DNA of 63,220 nucleotides, filler included, from Collodictyon triciliatum (lineage: Eukaryota), in assembly GCA_043381765.1 (NCBI GenBank). It is 16 parts of 16 records of this genome, joined end to end, with 100 filler letters (N's around TTAATTAATTAA, not from the genome) between each part and the next. Parts side by side here need not be neighbours in the genome. Positions count along the whole stretch, not along the records: positions 8,202 to 12,201 come from JBHJMP010006613.1; positions 12,302 to 16,303 come from JBHJMP010006614.1; positions 16,404 to 20,401 come from JBHJMP010006615.1; positions 20,502 to 24,499 come from JBHJMP010006616.1; positions 24,600 to 28,595 come from JBHJMP010006617.1; 11 more parts are not named here. One strand, written 5' to 3'. Positions 12,197-25,045 of this stretch are shown here, in pieces. Every line of letters begins with the position of its first letter. Position 1 is the stretch's first letter. The notes beneath the pieces were generated by a model, which was given only the letters and a program-made list of their open reading frames with translations, was not told the origin of the DNA and searched no databases. Position numbers and translations under genes: made by a program.

Positions 12197-13946
12197 TGAT
12201 ANNNNNNNNNNNNNNNNNNNNNNNNNNNNNNNNNNNNNNNNNNNNTTAATTAATTAANNNNNNNNNNNNNNNNNNNNNNNNNNNNNNNNNNNNNNNNNNN
12301 NACTGCCTTAAGTGTAAAAAAAAAAAAAAAGCAACCTAATACCTTCAGTCGTACAATAGAGAATCTTAACTGGTCTGTCTGGTCGAATGGGATGAGCTCC
12401 TTGAAAAAATGCCTTTATCCCGCCATTTGCTCAATACCAGTTCATTGGATTTCACATCATAATCGATGCGAGTGTGCAGTTGTGTTGGAAATCCTTTAGT
12501 AAGATATTTTAGTGTTCACGCGTGCGATATAACCTATTCGGTTGCATCCTAATTCATGTTGATGGGAAAAATTTTTACTAATACAAAAAATGAGCCATAG
12601 AAAATCCAGGAGCTTTTTATGATAAATAATCCAAAAAATGGAAATGGGTGTATAAAATGATAATTAATCGACAGATATTTACTTGTGCGCCACCATGTCC
12701 AAGTGGTGTCCGTCCAAATAAAGGCTAGCGAACCAAGGGCAACACCGCCCATCCTGCACAAAGTAAAAGCAGCAATATATATATAAGTGATAATTAATTA
12801 ATTAATCATTGAAATTCATTAATTGCAAAAAATTATTTACCATAGCAATCACCACGAAATACCCGTTAAATTGGGCGGTATGATGCTACCAACAGCACGA
12901 AAGGACAATGGCTGAATGAAAATACACCCATTCACTTGTATGCATACATTTTGATGTCAGGTCGAAGCTAAGGATTTACTACCAAGCAAGTCTTTTTTTT
13001 GATTAAAAACAAGTATCAGGCTAATTTGTTCAACTATTTTTTTCTTTTTCGACAGTCAGCCCCACCCCTCACAACACTTCTAAGTATCTATGTCCCTCAT
13101 GCAGCCGCGTCGCTCTTTTTGTGTGTTTTGTCACACGCATTCACTTAACAAGTAAAAAGTATGCAAGACACTCACAATGACCAGCACACTCGCCTGCACA
13201 GTCCCCGCCTCATTCTTGTCATGACGTCTAACCGAACAGATATTTCTGAAGAGCTTGCAAAGATCTGGTAGTTTCCCAAAATCCTTCTTTTAAAGGCTCC
13301 GCGATTGTACAGCTACTCCAATTTAAATTGAAAAATTAAAAAAAATTAACCTTATACCAGCCAGGGTTTTCCCGTTGACAGAAATAATGGAGAGCAACTT
13401 CGGAATAAGATTTATTCTCGTAAGAAAAACCATGCTTGACTATCTAACACAATTTGGTGTCTAAAACAACACGATATATTTCCATTGATGTTGGAATAAG
13501 AAGAGGCTTACAGCGATGTGCGCAGATGGAGAAGCTTACAACACAAATTCAAGCGCCCATAAATCTGAAGCTCTGCATGAAACACACTTGCAGACAAGCC
13601 ATAAGAAGGGCATCTTGTGGCATCTCATCACTTCCTTTCCGGAAAGATATACATGACATAATAGTTAGAAACACATACACGCTCTGCAACTACTACATGC
13701 AGGCACACGTACATACGAGATGGTACATGGCCAACATACTCCCTTCAGATCGATATCCCAAATTGAACCTGCAACATTGGGAAACGCATAAAACCAAAGA
13801 ATCAGCAAGTAAGCAAATATATTCATCTTTCACAATCAAATTTCCTGACTACACTACATGAAACATCTCACTCGAACACCCATCACCTGCTATATGCCCC
13901 TCAGAAAACACGCGGACTTCTTGACTACACACTTTGAGAGAGAAAA

Positions 13947-14790
13947 ATGAAAAATATCTTGGGCACGGCCAGCTTTAGTTTGGTCTTGAGGTGTAGTCGA
14001 AGGAGAGCCACCTTACCGTTAAGAAGGGTGAGTGACATGTCTCTCTTTGCAACTGCCAAAGGCTCTGGCCGAGAAAAAGGACAGCGTCATGTTCGAGCTG
14101 GAGCACCACCCAAACACCATGGCGCTCTACGACTTCGGATTCTGGGGCAACGACATGCTCATTCCATAGAGTCTGCAGAAGTCGAAGAGCTCTACTTGTT
14201 CATAATGATTACAAGGCACTTAGGCGAAATCACCTTGAATATGGCATGCATACATTTCAAGGCCTTTTATACCTGCATTCACATGGCCGAAGGTTCATCC
14301 AGCGCCGTGACCTCAAGATCTAAAACTTCATGCTTGTGAACAGCATTTCCGAGCTGAACGACATCAGTCTTGTAAAAATTGGCGCGTTAATCAACTCGGT
14401 GAGTGGCTTCAAAGGCTCAAAGAACTTGTCGCCTCACGAGGCCTTTCGAGATTGAAAAAGGTATTGGGCTCCTCAGTGATACCAACTCCTATGAGATGGT
14501 CTTCTGGTCTATCTTGAGTAAAGTATATTAGTATGAACCATCACTATAGAATGAGGTCAGCACAAGAGCCACGGGTGGTGAATTTCCTCCTCTCTCCCAC
14601 CGCATCATGTCCTTCTTGACTCGCAGTTCTGAACCACAAACGCTGGGATAGAAAGTACGAAGCTCGCATCGATTCCCGACAGATCATGGCCGAGCTCATA
14701 GAGCTTCACCACCATCAAACCGGTTGTAATCCTGGCCACTCCAAGAATGGGTTTTGTCAGCGTCACGAAAGCCGAAGAGCTTGTCACTTA
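13947..14790 (+). pseudogene. Degenerate intronless protein kinase pseudogene
   Basis: Subdomains appear in order across shifting frames: ILGTASFSLV (G-loop), HHPNTMALY, FQGLLYLHSHGRRFIQRRDLKI*NFMLV (catalytic loop), LVKIG and YWAPQ, with several stops and frameshifts. Confidence 0.75.
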
Positions 14791-16987
14791 TCTCGAGAAG
14801 AAGTCCACTACGAAGTTGCGTCCAAATCTGCAAATACAAATGAGATAAGCAACTCGAGCTTGATATCCTCATCGACGAGCATGTGAGAGTTTTATTTAGA
14901 GTTCAACATCTTCCCCATGCAAGCTGTACTAATATTGGAGGAGACCAGACAGTTGTAAGCTCGGCATTTCAAAACCATCTCTCATTTCATTTGTTATAAT
15001 TTGCGGGTTTTGAGGCTTCTGCTCAGCCTCTCGTGGATTTCTGTCCTTATTGCCCATACATCCCTGACGCATATGCAGCATAATAATTATTCTGACAGAA
15101 ACTCTGCAGCTTTGCCTCTTTGTTAATATAGTAGCAAGAGGAAAGGCAAAAAAAAAAAAACTTTCATAACGCGTAGATATGAACAAAAGCAGATTGAACT
15201 GAAGCAAATGCATCTGAACTTATTCCACGAATAGAAATGATCTAAAATACACAAAAGCGGATATTATATATTATGATTAATTTTTTTCGACATTATCATT
15301 CGATTTATAAATATTGTTTCAATTATTTGATTGCATGTAACACTATTTATTATACATACCGATTCCACAGAATTTCATTGCATGTTCGGTATTCAGAATG
15401 CACACACCCACCGCGTGCGCTAATCAGAACAACCCACAAACCCAAGGAATCGGGGCTACTGAAAGCTATGATGATAGTAAAAATAGCTAATGACCCGAAA
15501 TAGAAAATCAACGTTGGTTAAAATGGCGCTAGTTATCTAAAAGGTGCAGTGTATTTTGTTCAGAATTTGGTCTATTTCTTTGAATGGTTCAAGAATTGTG
15601 GCTAATTTATCACCCTAATTAGGAAATAACAAAACTTTCTTCGCATTGGTTCGTTTTTACTGAATTCTAAGTTTTATTATCTTATTTCGAAAATATTCTA
15701 AGAATCCTCTTAGAAAACCGAAACAATCAAATCTGGAAAATTTAATTAAATTGGAAAATATAATTAATGTATTATAAAAATAAAAGGAAATCATAGACCT
15801 GGGAAACGTATTAAATATACCTAGCGTAATATTTCGTCTCATGCTTTTTTTTCATAATCTCGAACCCTTACTTCCTTCAATTACTGTTGTATCTCTTTGC
15901 CGATTTACAAAAGCACGCGAGTGGAGTATCCTATCATTTGTAGATTAGACGCAACAATATTGTATGTCTTTCTATATTTAATTAAAACAGCCCCACCCTC
16001 GTCAATACTTTTACAAAAAGAGGCAATTGTGCGCATTACAGATGGTAGATGGTTTGTGCCTGATGATTGAAGAGAAAAGACGGTTGAGAAATAGCGGAGA
16101 CGATTGGATTTTGGCGAGTGAGGCAACATATCGACAGGATATATGGGTAAATAACAGTGAATCTATTTGGAAATCAAGCATTCATTTGCCTCAGGTTTCC
16201 TAATGGCCACTTGCCAGGATTGTGTAAACATATAAAGACAGCAAGAAAGCAATTAAGAAAAAATGTCTACTTGATGTAATTTAGCGTATCGTCATCAAAT
16301 ATGNNNNNNNNNNNNNNNNNNNNNNNNNNNNNNNNNNNNNNNNNNNNTTAATTAATTAANNNNNNNNNNNNNNNNNNNNNNNNNNNNNNNNNNNNNNNNN
16401 NNNGAAAAAAGAGAAAAAAGAGAAAAAAGAGAAAAAAGAGAAAAAAGAGAAAAAAGAGAAAAAAGAGAAAAAAGAGAAAAAAGAGAAAAAAGAGAAAAAA
16501 GATAAATAAGAAAAAAAAAAGAAAAAAAAAGAAACGCAAGTGTGCTGGTGTGGATGTTGCGCTGCAGAAAAAGCAGCGTTGCAAAGCAGCCTTAAATTAT
16601 CTGCGCTGTAAACTATGGCTACAATATTTTGCATATGGTGCATAATATTGACTTAAGCTATGTCACCGGCTGACTCAATGAAAATTAAATTGAGATATAT
16701 AATATATTCCAGTTATGTATAAAGGCGTGGGTGTCTCTTTGGATGTGTCTCTTGTCTCGCTGTTCATAGGCTATACTTTATTGTCTGGTCGCGATGGCAG
16801 AATCTGTAACTAAGCTGTTGTGTGCAAGAAGAATGAAAAGTGTACAAAATGAAATATATTAAAGAAAAATAAAAAGTGAAGCTCGCAAGGATATATGAGG
16901 AGAATTCGGGAAAAGGTTGATGAAATGTGTGTGACGAGCAGAAGTGCTTTTGGTGCGGAAAGGCACTTTGCAAGTTCTACTTTAAGC

Positions 16988-19941
16988 TCAATAGAGACTA
17001 TCCCTGGTGCCCAATCCCTGCTTTAAACCGTTCACCCAAATCCGAAACAAGACCTCGTTTTCTGCGAGTAAATAAATAACACGTTCGGAGCAGCAGACAC
17101 TGAACATTAAAGGATTAAACCATCGTTTTTCTGACGACTTTGAGGACGCAGCGTTGTGGAAGCCTTCATGCACAGATTTCACAGACACTAGATGCACACC
17201 ATACACATATTTTAGAACATGCATATGCAGGGTAAGAGAGTGAAAATCTTGAATAAAATAATAACAAAAAACATCAAAAACAACAACAAAAAATATTGTG
17301 ATTTATGGTTAACCTGTCGTTTCGAACTTTCCTTTCTCTTTTTTCCTCCATGATAGAAGCTTTGAATCTGAATCAAAGGTAAAATATCTGTGGTGAGGTT
17401 TTCCATTGCCGCCCTTCGTAAACTTTAAGAGCCAACTTCCTTTTTTCAAAGTGTCGCTGAGAAGCAGTTCAGACGCAGACGCCTCACTGCCATAGTGTGT
17501 TTCTTTGCCTCCTAAAACAGGTATTGTCGGCTGAAAATCATTCATTTCGTTTGCTTCCAAAGGCATGCTCGTTTCGGTGAGATACGTGAGAGACGTTCCC
17601 AGAGAAGTTTCATCATCGTCGTTGTAGGTAATACACGTGCTGGACCCTTCACGTATCCTTGTTGGTGCAATTAAACTTGGGGGTTCCGCTTTATGGAAAA
17701 TATCCAAAGTCTTCAAATTACCATTACTCTCTGCAGCATACCTAATCGCACAAAAATCTTTGTATGTGTGACGTTTGAATGCATGAGGACAAAAAAAAAA
17801 GCCAAATTACTGAATAATAATTATTGATAAAGAAATAATCGTACAAGAAGTCGTCTCCTGTGTTAGCCGATAATTTGAATGACCTATGGTTCGCGTCATC
17901 AATTCCATATATCTTTTGTATAATGGCATCTCTCGAAATAGGTTCGGTCAACTCCCTCGTTAATTCTTTGTCTATTTCATAAAGGAATGTGCTAACAATT
18001 TACCGAATGTAAAATTTAGATATTTTGGTCTAATGACACAAAGTTATCCTCTTTTCTCAAGAATAAAAAATAAGGATTGAATCTGCTGACATTAGCTTTA
18101 AGTAACCTTTCTGGGAGCGAAGTGTGAGTACTAGCTTCATGATCTAAATAAAAGTCATTTGAGTCTGCAAACTCTTTTATAGTTCTAGAATATCGACTAA
18201 CAGTCATACATGAATAAAATAACCTGGATTAATCGAATATTCCTCATGATATTTTACCTAATTTAAATCATCAAAAGTGATTTATTTATTTTTTGCTATT
18301 TATTCGGGTATGTTATCAAATTTATTTTAATCATATATGAACAGTCATTTTATTCATAACAAACATACGGCAGGCACTTTATGTGATGATTCTGAGAGCC
18401 TCTCTAGTTTTCATCAAAGTATTTAAGAGATACATCAACACAGCGAACGAATACACATGAACTCAAATCAAGTAGAGGTTGAATATCGCCTTGAATTAGA
18501 AATATTGATTATTGTTATATCAGTCCAGACGCAAATATACCCTGTTCGAAGAAAATCCTAGATTTCATAATAGTCTCTATGACGTCAGAATCTATCTCGT
18601 TTGTTGCCTCAAAAATGAGTTTATGATTCTGGATGTAATCACCATGATGATGAGTTTTTCATATGAAAATTAAGTAAATCATCCTATTTTCATTCAAAGA
18701 AAAACGCCGTAGATATAAATTTGAAAAGTGAGACAGATCGAATTTTTTGCACAAAGTGATAATAATGATAAATGATAAATTTTTTTTGATAAATTAAAAG
18801 AAAACCTCATGACTCATGAATGAGTGCATACTTTCCTTAACTTGATACTGAAGGATTAAATTATATGGATATTCTTGCATAGGTAAACAAGAACTAGAGC
18901 ATGATATTAGAATACTCATACGATGGAGATACAGTTCTGTAAAACGTGGTATTTAGTCTTGGCCCGATATTACGGTTTTTTTAAAGCGACAAATTCACAC
19001 ATATATCCTAAATAAACTCATCAAAGCTGTGCACTCACTTGCATTTTCTTTTCTATCTCCAAAATCTTCATCGATCAAGAAAACATGCAAGCAATATGTA
19101 CATTTCATTTGCTCTTCTGCTATTTCAGGAGCCACATATATTCCATTTTCAATTGTCTTTTGGAACTGAATTGCTTCTATAATCTGCTTTCGAAGTTCGC
19201 TGACGAGAATAATCTAATAAAAATTGAATTCCACACAAAATTAAAAGATAAATTTATTATAAGGTTAGTATTTTACAGGACAACCAAACAATTTCACTTC
19301 ACAATTCAATTAATAACTGATTTTTGATTTGTTGTTTTCAATTAATAATGTTCCTTTAAGTAAAATTTAATTCAATACAACAAACCGAAGAGCCATCATT
19401 AAATCCAAAACGAATGAGGGTATCGCTTTTTGAGTCAATCGATATCTTATCTATGAGTTTGATTGGTGCCCTGAAGCGGATAAAATGGGTCGATAGCTCC
19501 ACAAGGATGAAATCTCCATTAAAAAGGAAAAGAACTAATATATCAACAAACTTATCAATATTTGAATGTGTTAAATTTTAATTTAAAGAATGAGTTCGAG
19601 TTGAAACAGCGAACTCAGTAAGGGAATTTTAATCGATTGTTATTGTTATTTATTAGTTGAATATCTACCTCGTCTGTGAAAAAGTTCTGAATGTCCATCT
19701 GGTGCATTTATACAAATATAACAACGATAAATACACGTAATACGTTGCAAAAACAGAAAGGAAGATTAAAATATAGGAAAAAATATAGCTGCTCCCAGTG
19801 CTGCTTTGTGTTACTTATGGATTTTGCCACAAGGTAGCAAAGGTAAACACACTAGACGATCATCAAAAAGATATGGAACCCACAAGGGATCAGATTATAA
19901 GAAATAAAAATACATAATAGAGAATCTGAAGGAAGTACCAT
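16988..19941 (-). CDS. Multi-exon protein with a C-terminal PH domain; 5' exon structure uncertain
   Basis: LKKGSWLLKFTKGGNGKPHHRYFTFDSDSKLLSW (17309-17460) splices to ...FSVCCSERVIYLLAENEVLFRIWVNGLK (16988-17210). Further exon-like blocks with GT/AG ends run up to an ATG|gt at 19941. Confidence 0.7.
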
Positions 19942-20559
19942 GGCGGCTATATAAGACGACTATGCAAGACCACGGCTCTGAAGCCCACTTGCGGAGGAAT
20001 AGCGAAATATCCCGTGACTCTGTTGCCTCGGAGCCCATCTGTTGAGGCCTCGGCGTTGCAGCGAGGGTGATTCAAAAAGCGCTTCTTTTCTTCCTTCCCT
20101 ATTCATTGGGCATTATTTTGTTTATGTTTTCTTTTATGTAGTTTATCAGGTCGTTTTTCAGTTTTTTTTTTCTCTTCAGCTCTGCTGTTTCACGCTTGGT
20201 GTATACTTTGCCCGTATGTTCTAGTTTCTTGTATTTGCGTATTGGTTGTGCGGTTATTCCCGTCACTAATAGATCGAATGAATTTTATCCACAACTAAGC
20301 AAAAAAACACAAAAACACAAAAACACAAAAACACAAAAACACAAAAACACAAAAACACAAAAACACAAAAACACAAAAACACAAAAACACAAAAACACAA
20401 ANNNNNNNNNNNNNNNNNNNNNNNNNNNNNNNNNNNNNNNNNNNNTTAATTAATTAANNNNNNNNNNNNNNNNNNNNNNNNNNNNNNNNNNNNNNNNNNN
20501 NTTTTCCTTCTTTTTTTTTTTGATTTTCATTTTTAACTTAATTTAATGAGTAATTTTAG

Positions 20560-23108
20560 GCACAATTCCAAACTTTTCATATATTCATAAACTGGAGATT
20601 TTTTCTGTTTATGACAATCAACTGGAGGGAGAGGTTCCAGATTTCAAAGATTGCAAAAACATCAAGGAGATATTGCTATTCCGTAACAAGTTGTCAGGCA
20701 CATTACCGATGTTCAATCTGAATAACCTGACAAGACTAGATGTGAGCGAAAACCAAATCAGTGGCTCTATTTCCAATTACTGGAAATTGCCTTCAATTAA
20801 ATACATCGACTTGTCTTGGAACAAAATGAACGGCACAGTCCCAACCTATTTTCAGGAATTACAAGAGCTGAAATCACTCGTTTTATCTCACAATAAATTT
20901 TCTGGAAGCATGCCTGATTATTTTTGGAATCTGCCTAATATAGTCACTATTGATTTAAGAAACAACTCGTTTTCAGGAGACGTTGGTGTTTTTATCTCAC
21001 CAACTACAGGAAATTACGATTATTTTTATGAAAACCTTTTGCTTGATGATAATGGACTGAATGGGGCATTGAATTGGTGGATATTTGACTTTGTTCTTAA
21101 CATAAAAACATTAAGTCTTAAGAACAACAACATCACCAAGCTTGATGAACTTACAAATTTATTGAGATGGACTTCCCTTGACATCACTGGAAATCCGATT
21201 GTTGGGAGCATTCCTGAATCATACATCGGTTTTTCAAAGCTTGAGTATCTGGGATTGAATAAAACATCGATGAATCATGGAACAGCCAATTTTCTTCCTG
21301 ATTTCATGGATTTTACGACATCTTTCAATCTTCAAGATGAAACGAAACGCTACCTTTGTCCTTCTATTATTTCGGAATCTGGTCTGATTGAGTTGGAGGT
21401 TGACTTGAATCCAGAATACTATGACTTTGAATTTTGTAAATGCTTGCCTGGATATTTCGGCTTTGGAAAAAATTGTGTTCAATGCCCAAGAGGATGTGAT
21501 TGCCTTGATGGAACGTCCTTGAAATTCTGCCATGCTTCACCGAGCATCACCTCTGTGAAATCAATACTGCCATGTCCACGTCGTGAGTCATGTGATTTAT
21601 CGATTCCAGAGAAAATTTCGAATTCAAATACGACGGTCGAAATCACAGACCTTTGTCAAGAGGGTTATGAAGGTAATGCCTGCTCAAAATGCCAGAATGG
21701 ATACGGAAATCAAGGGAGGCCATGTGTGAAATGCGATAAAGGAACAATTTATTCAACCCTGGTTCTTGGTTCGATTGGATTTTTTATGTTAATTCGCTAT
21801 CTGTATTTCACAGAGACATCAAAATCAGGTAAATGTCACTAATTTATTTCACTTCATTCTTTCCATATTAATCAGAATATTTTTGTAGCAAAACTCAGGA
21901 TAATCATGTTCCACATGCAAACACTGTCGATTGTATCTGGTGGATTCGTTCTTTCAGAAGATGCAAATGGTTTTATTGATGTTTCATCGTCGATTGGTTC
22001 AATTCAATTTCCCAACCTTTCTTGTGTCCTTGGAGTAGACGATGTATTTGCTTCTCTGATGTTCAGTTTTGCAAGAATACCAATCTTTATTATTGTTGGC
22101 TCGGCCACGTACTATTTCGGATATGGACACAAGCAGAACAAAGTAAGGATGAAAAAATACATTCAGTTGCGAATCTTTATATTAGTTTCAGTTTCATCTT
22201 TAGTAGTACTAAATTAATTATTTTGGCAGGCCGTTTTCATCACCTTGAATCTTCTGTTTTTTATATACTATTCGGTCGCAAGAGAGGTGTTTGGTGTTTT
22301 TGGATGCACCGTTTATGATGAAGGTGTGAATAGATGGTATCTGAATTTCAAGCCCTGGATTCAATGCAGCCCAGCCTCGGATGAATATCAAAAACTGCTT
22401 GCAATATCTGTTCCGGTTTTCTTTCTTTTCTTGGTTGGTCTGCCTGCTTTTGTACTGTGGAAAGTGAAAATCATGACAGAAAGACCTGGATACGAACCAG
22501 GAGCGCGATATGGATTCCTTTACTTGCCATACAAAGAGGTATGTAATTCAATATTCCTTCTTTTTGTATGATAAATTTTGAATTATTTATGAGATATGTT
22601 ACTTAGACCTTCAAGTATTGGGAGTTTGTCATAATCGCACGCCGCATCGCTTTTTCGTTTGTGCTCAGTGTCATTCCATACACAAGCCCAGCGATTTTTT
22701 TCGTCCTTCTCATCATCGTTATTCAGGTCGATTAAATATTTATTTATATGGTGCAATATGGGATAAAATTTTTGAAAATGAAATACTCAATCAAGCACAA
22801 ACTATTAGAGCTCAATTTGGGTGCAAAAAGAATACAAGCCTTACAACTCGAAAATCGAAAATAAAATGGAGTTGTTCAGCCTCTACATCATTTTTTTGTC
22901 CTTCTTCCTTTCGCTCATGTCGAATCTTTTTTACTCGCAATTGTGGATTACAGCTTTGCTTATTGGAATGAACTCAATATGGTTGCTTTATTTTACATCA
23001 ATCGCTTTTGTGATTCCTTTATTCAGATGTGGCGAAATCAAGCAAAAATTGGTCAAGATGAAAAATCTGAAGAATGGAAAACGATTATCTGACCCATTGT
23101 TGGATTAA
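20560..23108 (+). CDS. LRR + Cys-rich (EGF/laminin-like) + multi-pass transmembrane receptor-like protein, 5'-truncated
   Basis: Plant-type LRRs (LxxLDLSxNxxxGxxP), then CKCLPGYFG...CVQCPRG...CQEGYEGNACSKCQNGY, then several hydrophobic exons with YGFLYLPYK and WEFVIIARR. Confidence 0.88.
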
Positions 23109-23296
23109 TCAATACAAAGATAAAACAAACATAAATTAATAATTATATCATTCTCTTAAGAAACTTACAATCTTGTAATGTATTTGATTATTTTCTTTAT
23201 TTTTCAACAGTTTACAATGCATCGATTTTTTTTCAGTTTTTTATACTTTTTAATAATAATAGATATTCCGAATCATGTGATTCATTCCAAGGCATG

Positions 23297-24499
23297 TTTT
23301 TTCCCATTTATTCGATTCAAAGTGCAGCTAATTTATGCCATACAAAGGGGCGGGATGGGAGCGCATAGTAGAGAGCAAATGCGAGTAAGAGAAGACACTA
23401 CTGTGGAGAGGCTAACACTGGAAAGAAATCAGTGACAGCGAGGTAGTCAGGTGGGCGACACAACTGGTTGATTGGTTGCGTGGGTAGCAGGGGTTGGATA
23501 TACTGTGGGTGATATCTTACAACAAATACCCACATCTCTCTTCGCTTGCGGTCAGAGTAGCGAAGAATGCGAGCGTGTTTTAGCAGACTGTTGAGGAGGC
23601 TGTATTGCACGAGGCTTTCAAGCCTGGCTACATTGATTTCTCGTTCGGGTGAATCATTAGAGCGAGAGAATACGCGCACACTCCATAAGGACCACATCAT
23701 ATGTCCCCTTGTGACTGTCCAGAGTATTCTAGAGCCATGAGTCATTTGGTATTGTGGGCCAAACAGGATGTCAAACGCGCTGAGACGGCTGGGAGCATAA
23801 TCAAGCTCAGAGAGCATCTTGTGGGTAGATTCTGTCACTTTTTGAGCAAGGGAGCCCCTCACAAATGTGTGTTCGATAGAGTCATCTACACTATAGCGCA
23901 TGGTGCATTCTGGAGAGGTCGTTGCTGCATGGACTACACGCGCACCTATCCACAGTTCTCTGTTGGAGATATTGAGCAGTAGGGCGCGGTGTTTCGGGAG
24001 TAGCTGAGATATACGGGCTTGCTTCCAGTTTTGTACTTTTGATTTTTCATAGTGATGAAGTTGCGGCAGATGTCTTCCAGCTCCTTCAGCCTCTTGATAT
24101 TCAGCAAAGTGCCTTTCATGTTGTAGATAAGGGTCAATAACATCACTTGGTTCCACAACCTTACTTTTCCAACATCCGAGAGATGAAGGTTGCTCCAAAC
24201 TGATATTTTCGACTTAATATACTCAAACAGGCTTGTCCATTTGTTATCTGATTGTGGACCGAAGATGATACCAAGATACTTGAGTGGATGTGGCGGTGGT
24301 TTCCACACAATGTTTCCTGGAAACATAAGTCCATCCTGAAACCCAAAAAGAATTCCATCTGTCTTGTCGTAGTTGATTTTCCCGCTGACAGCTCGTGTGT
24401 ATTCTTTGCATGCATTTGTTGGCGAGTGTGGTGCCTTCGGGAGACCGCAAGATGAATGCTTTGTACTCTGCATATTGAAGTAGCAGTTGGTTGCGCACC
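23297..24499 (-). mobile_element. Decayed L1/Tx1-like LINE: end of the RT domain, thumb region, zf-RVT-like domain and 3' UTR ending in AATAAA plus an A tract
   Basis: LLQYAEYKAF (decayed YADD position), SGKINYDKT, LKYLGIIFG, KISVWSNLHLSDVGKVRLWNQVMLLTLIY, then LLPKHRALL...ECTM...IEHTF; several frameshifts. Confidence 0.88.
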
Positions 24500-24687
24500 N
24501 NNNNNNNNNNNNNNNNNNNNNNNNNNNNNNNNNNNNNNNNNNNTTAATTAATTAANNNNNNNNNNNNNNNNNNNNNNNNNNNNNNNNNNNNNNNNNNNNT
24601 TTTTTTGTCTTTCTTGGTTTTCTTGCTTCCTGGTTTCAAATGCACAAAAATTCGCCACGTCCAATTTTTTATTTATTTTATTTTATT

Positions 24688-24762
<75 letters not shown>

Positions 24763-25045
24763 TTTTTTGCGCTGACAAAGAAAAAATCGCAAGTAAACAG
24801 TATCGGCGATGACACTCAAATCAAGTATTTTTGGGTGCATTTTTTTTATTTATTTATGAAGGAAAATGTTGCTGTTCGAGCCAACAAATTATGTGGGCAT
24901 GAGGCAGCTAAAAAAAAAATGCATTATGCCTTTTTAGCTGTTTTTATGTATATTTGTTTACTTATTTGATTGCTTGTTTGTATCTTGGTATCTTGGTGTT
25001 TTTTTAAAGGGCAAAAGATAAGCGTTATCCGCACGAGGTGTAGAT

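Noticed and set aside
12340-12910. Exon-like minus-strand blocks with splice-like ends
   Set aside because: I could not join them into a stop-free frame or recognise a motif.
14300-14330. In-frame TAA/TAG at coding-like positions here and at 39670, suggesting stop-codon reassignment
   Set aside because: Both loci also carry frameshifts. Intact genes (E2, subtilisin, LRR protein) end in TAA, and their long exons have no internal TAA/TAG.
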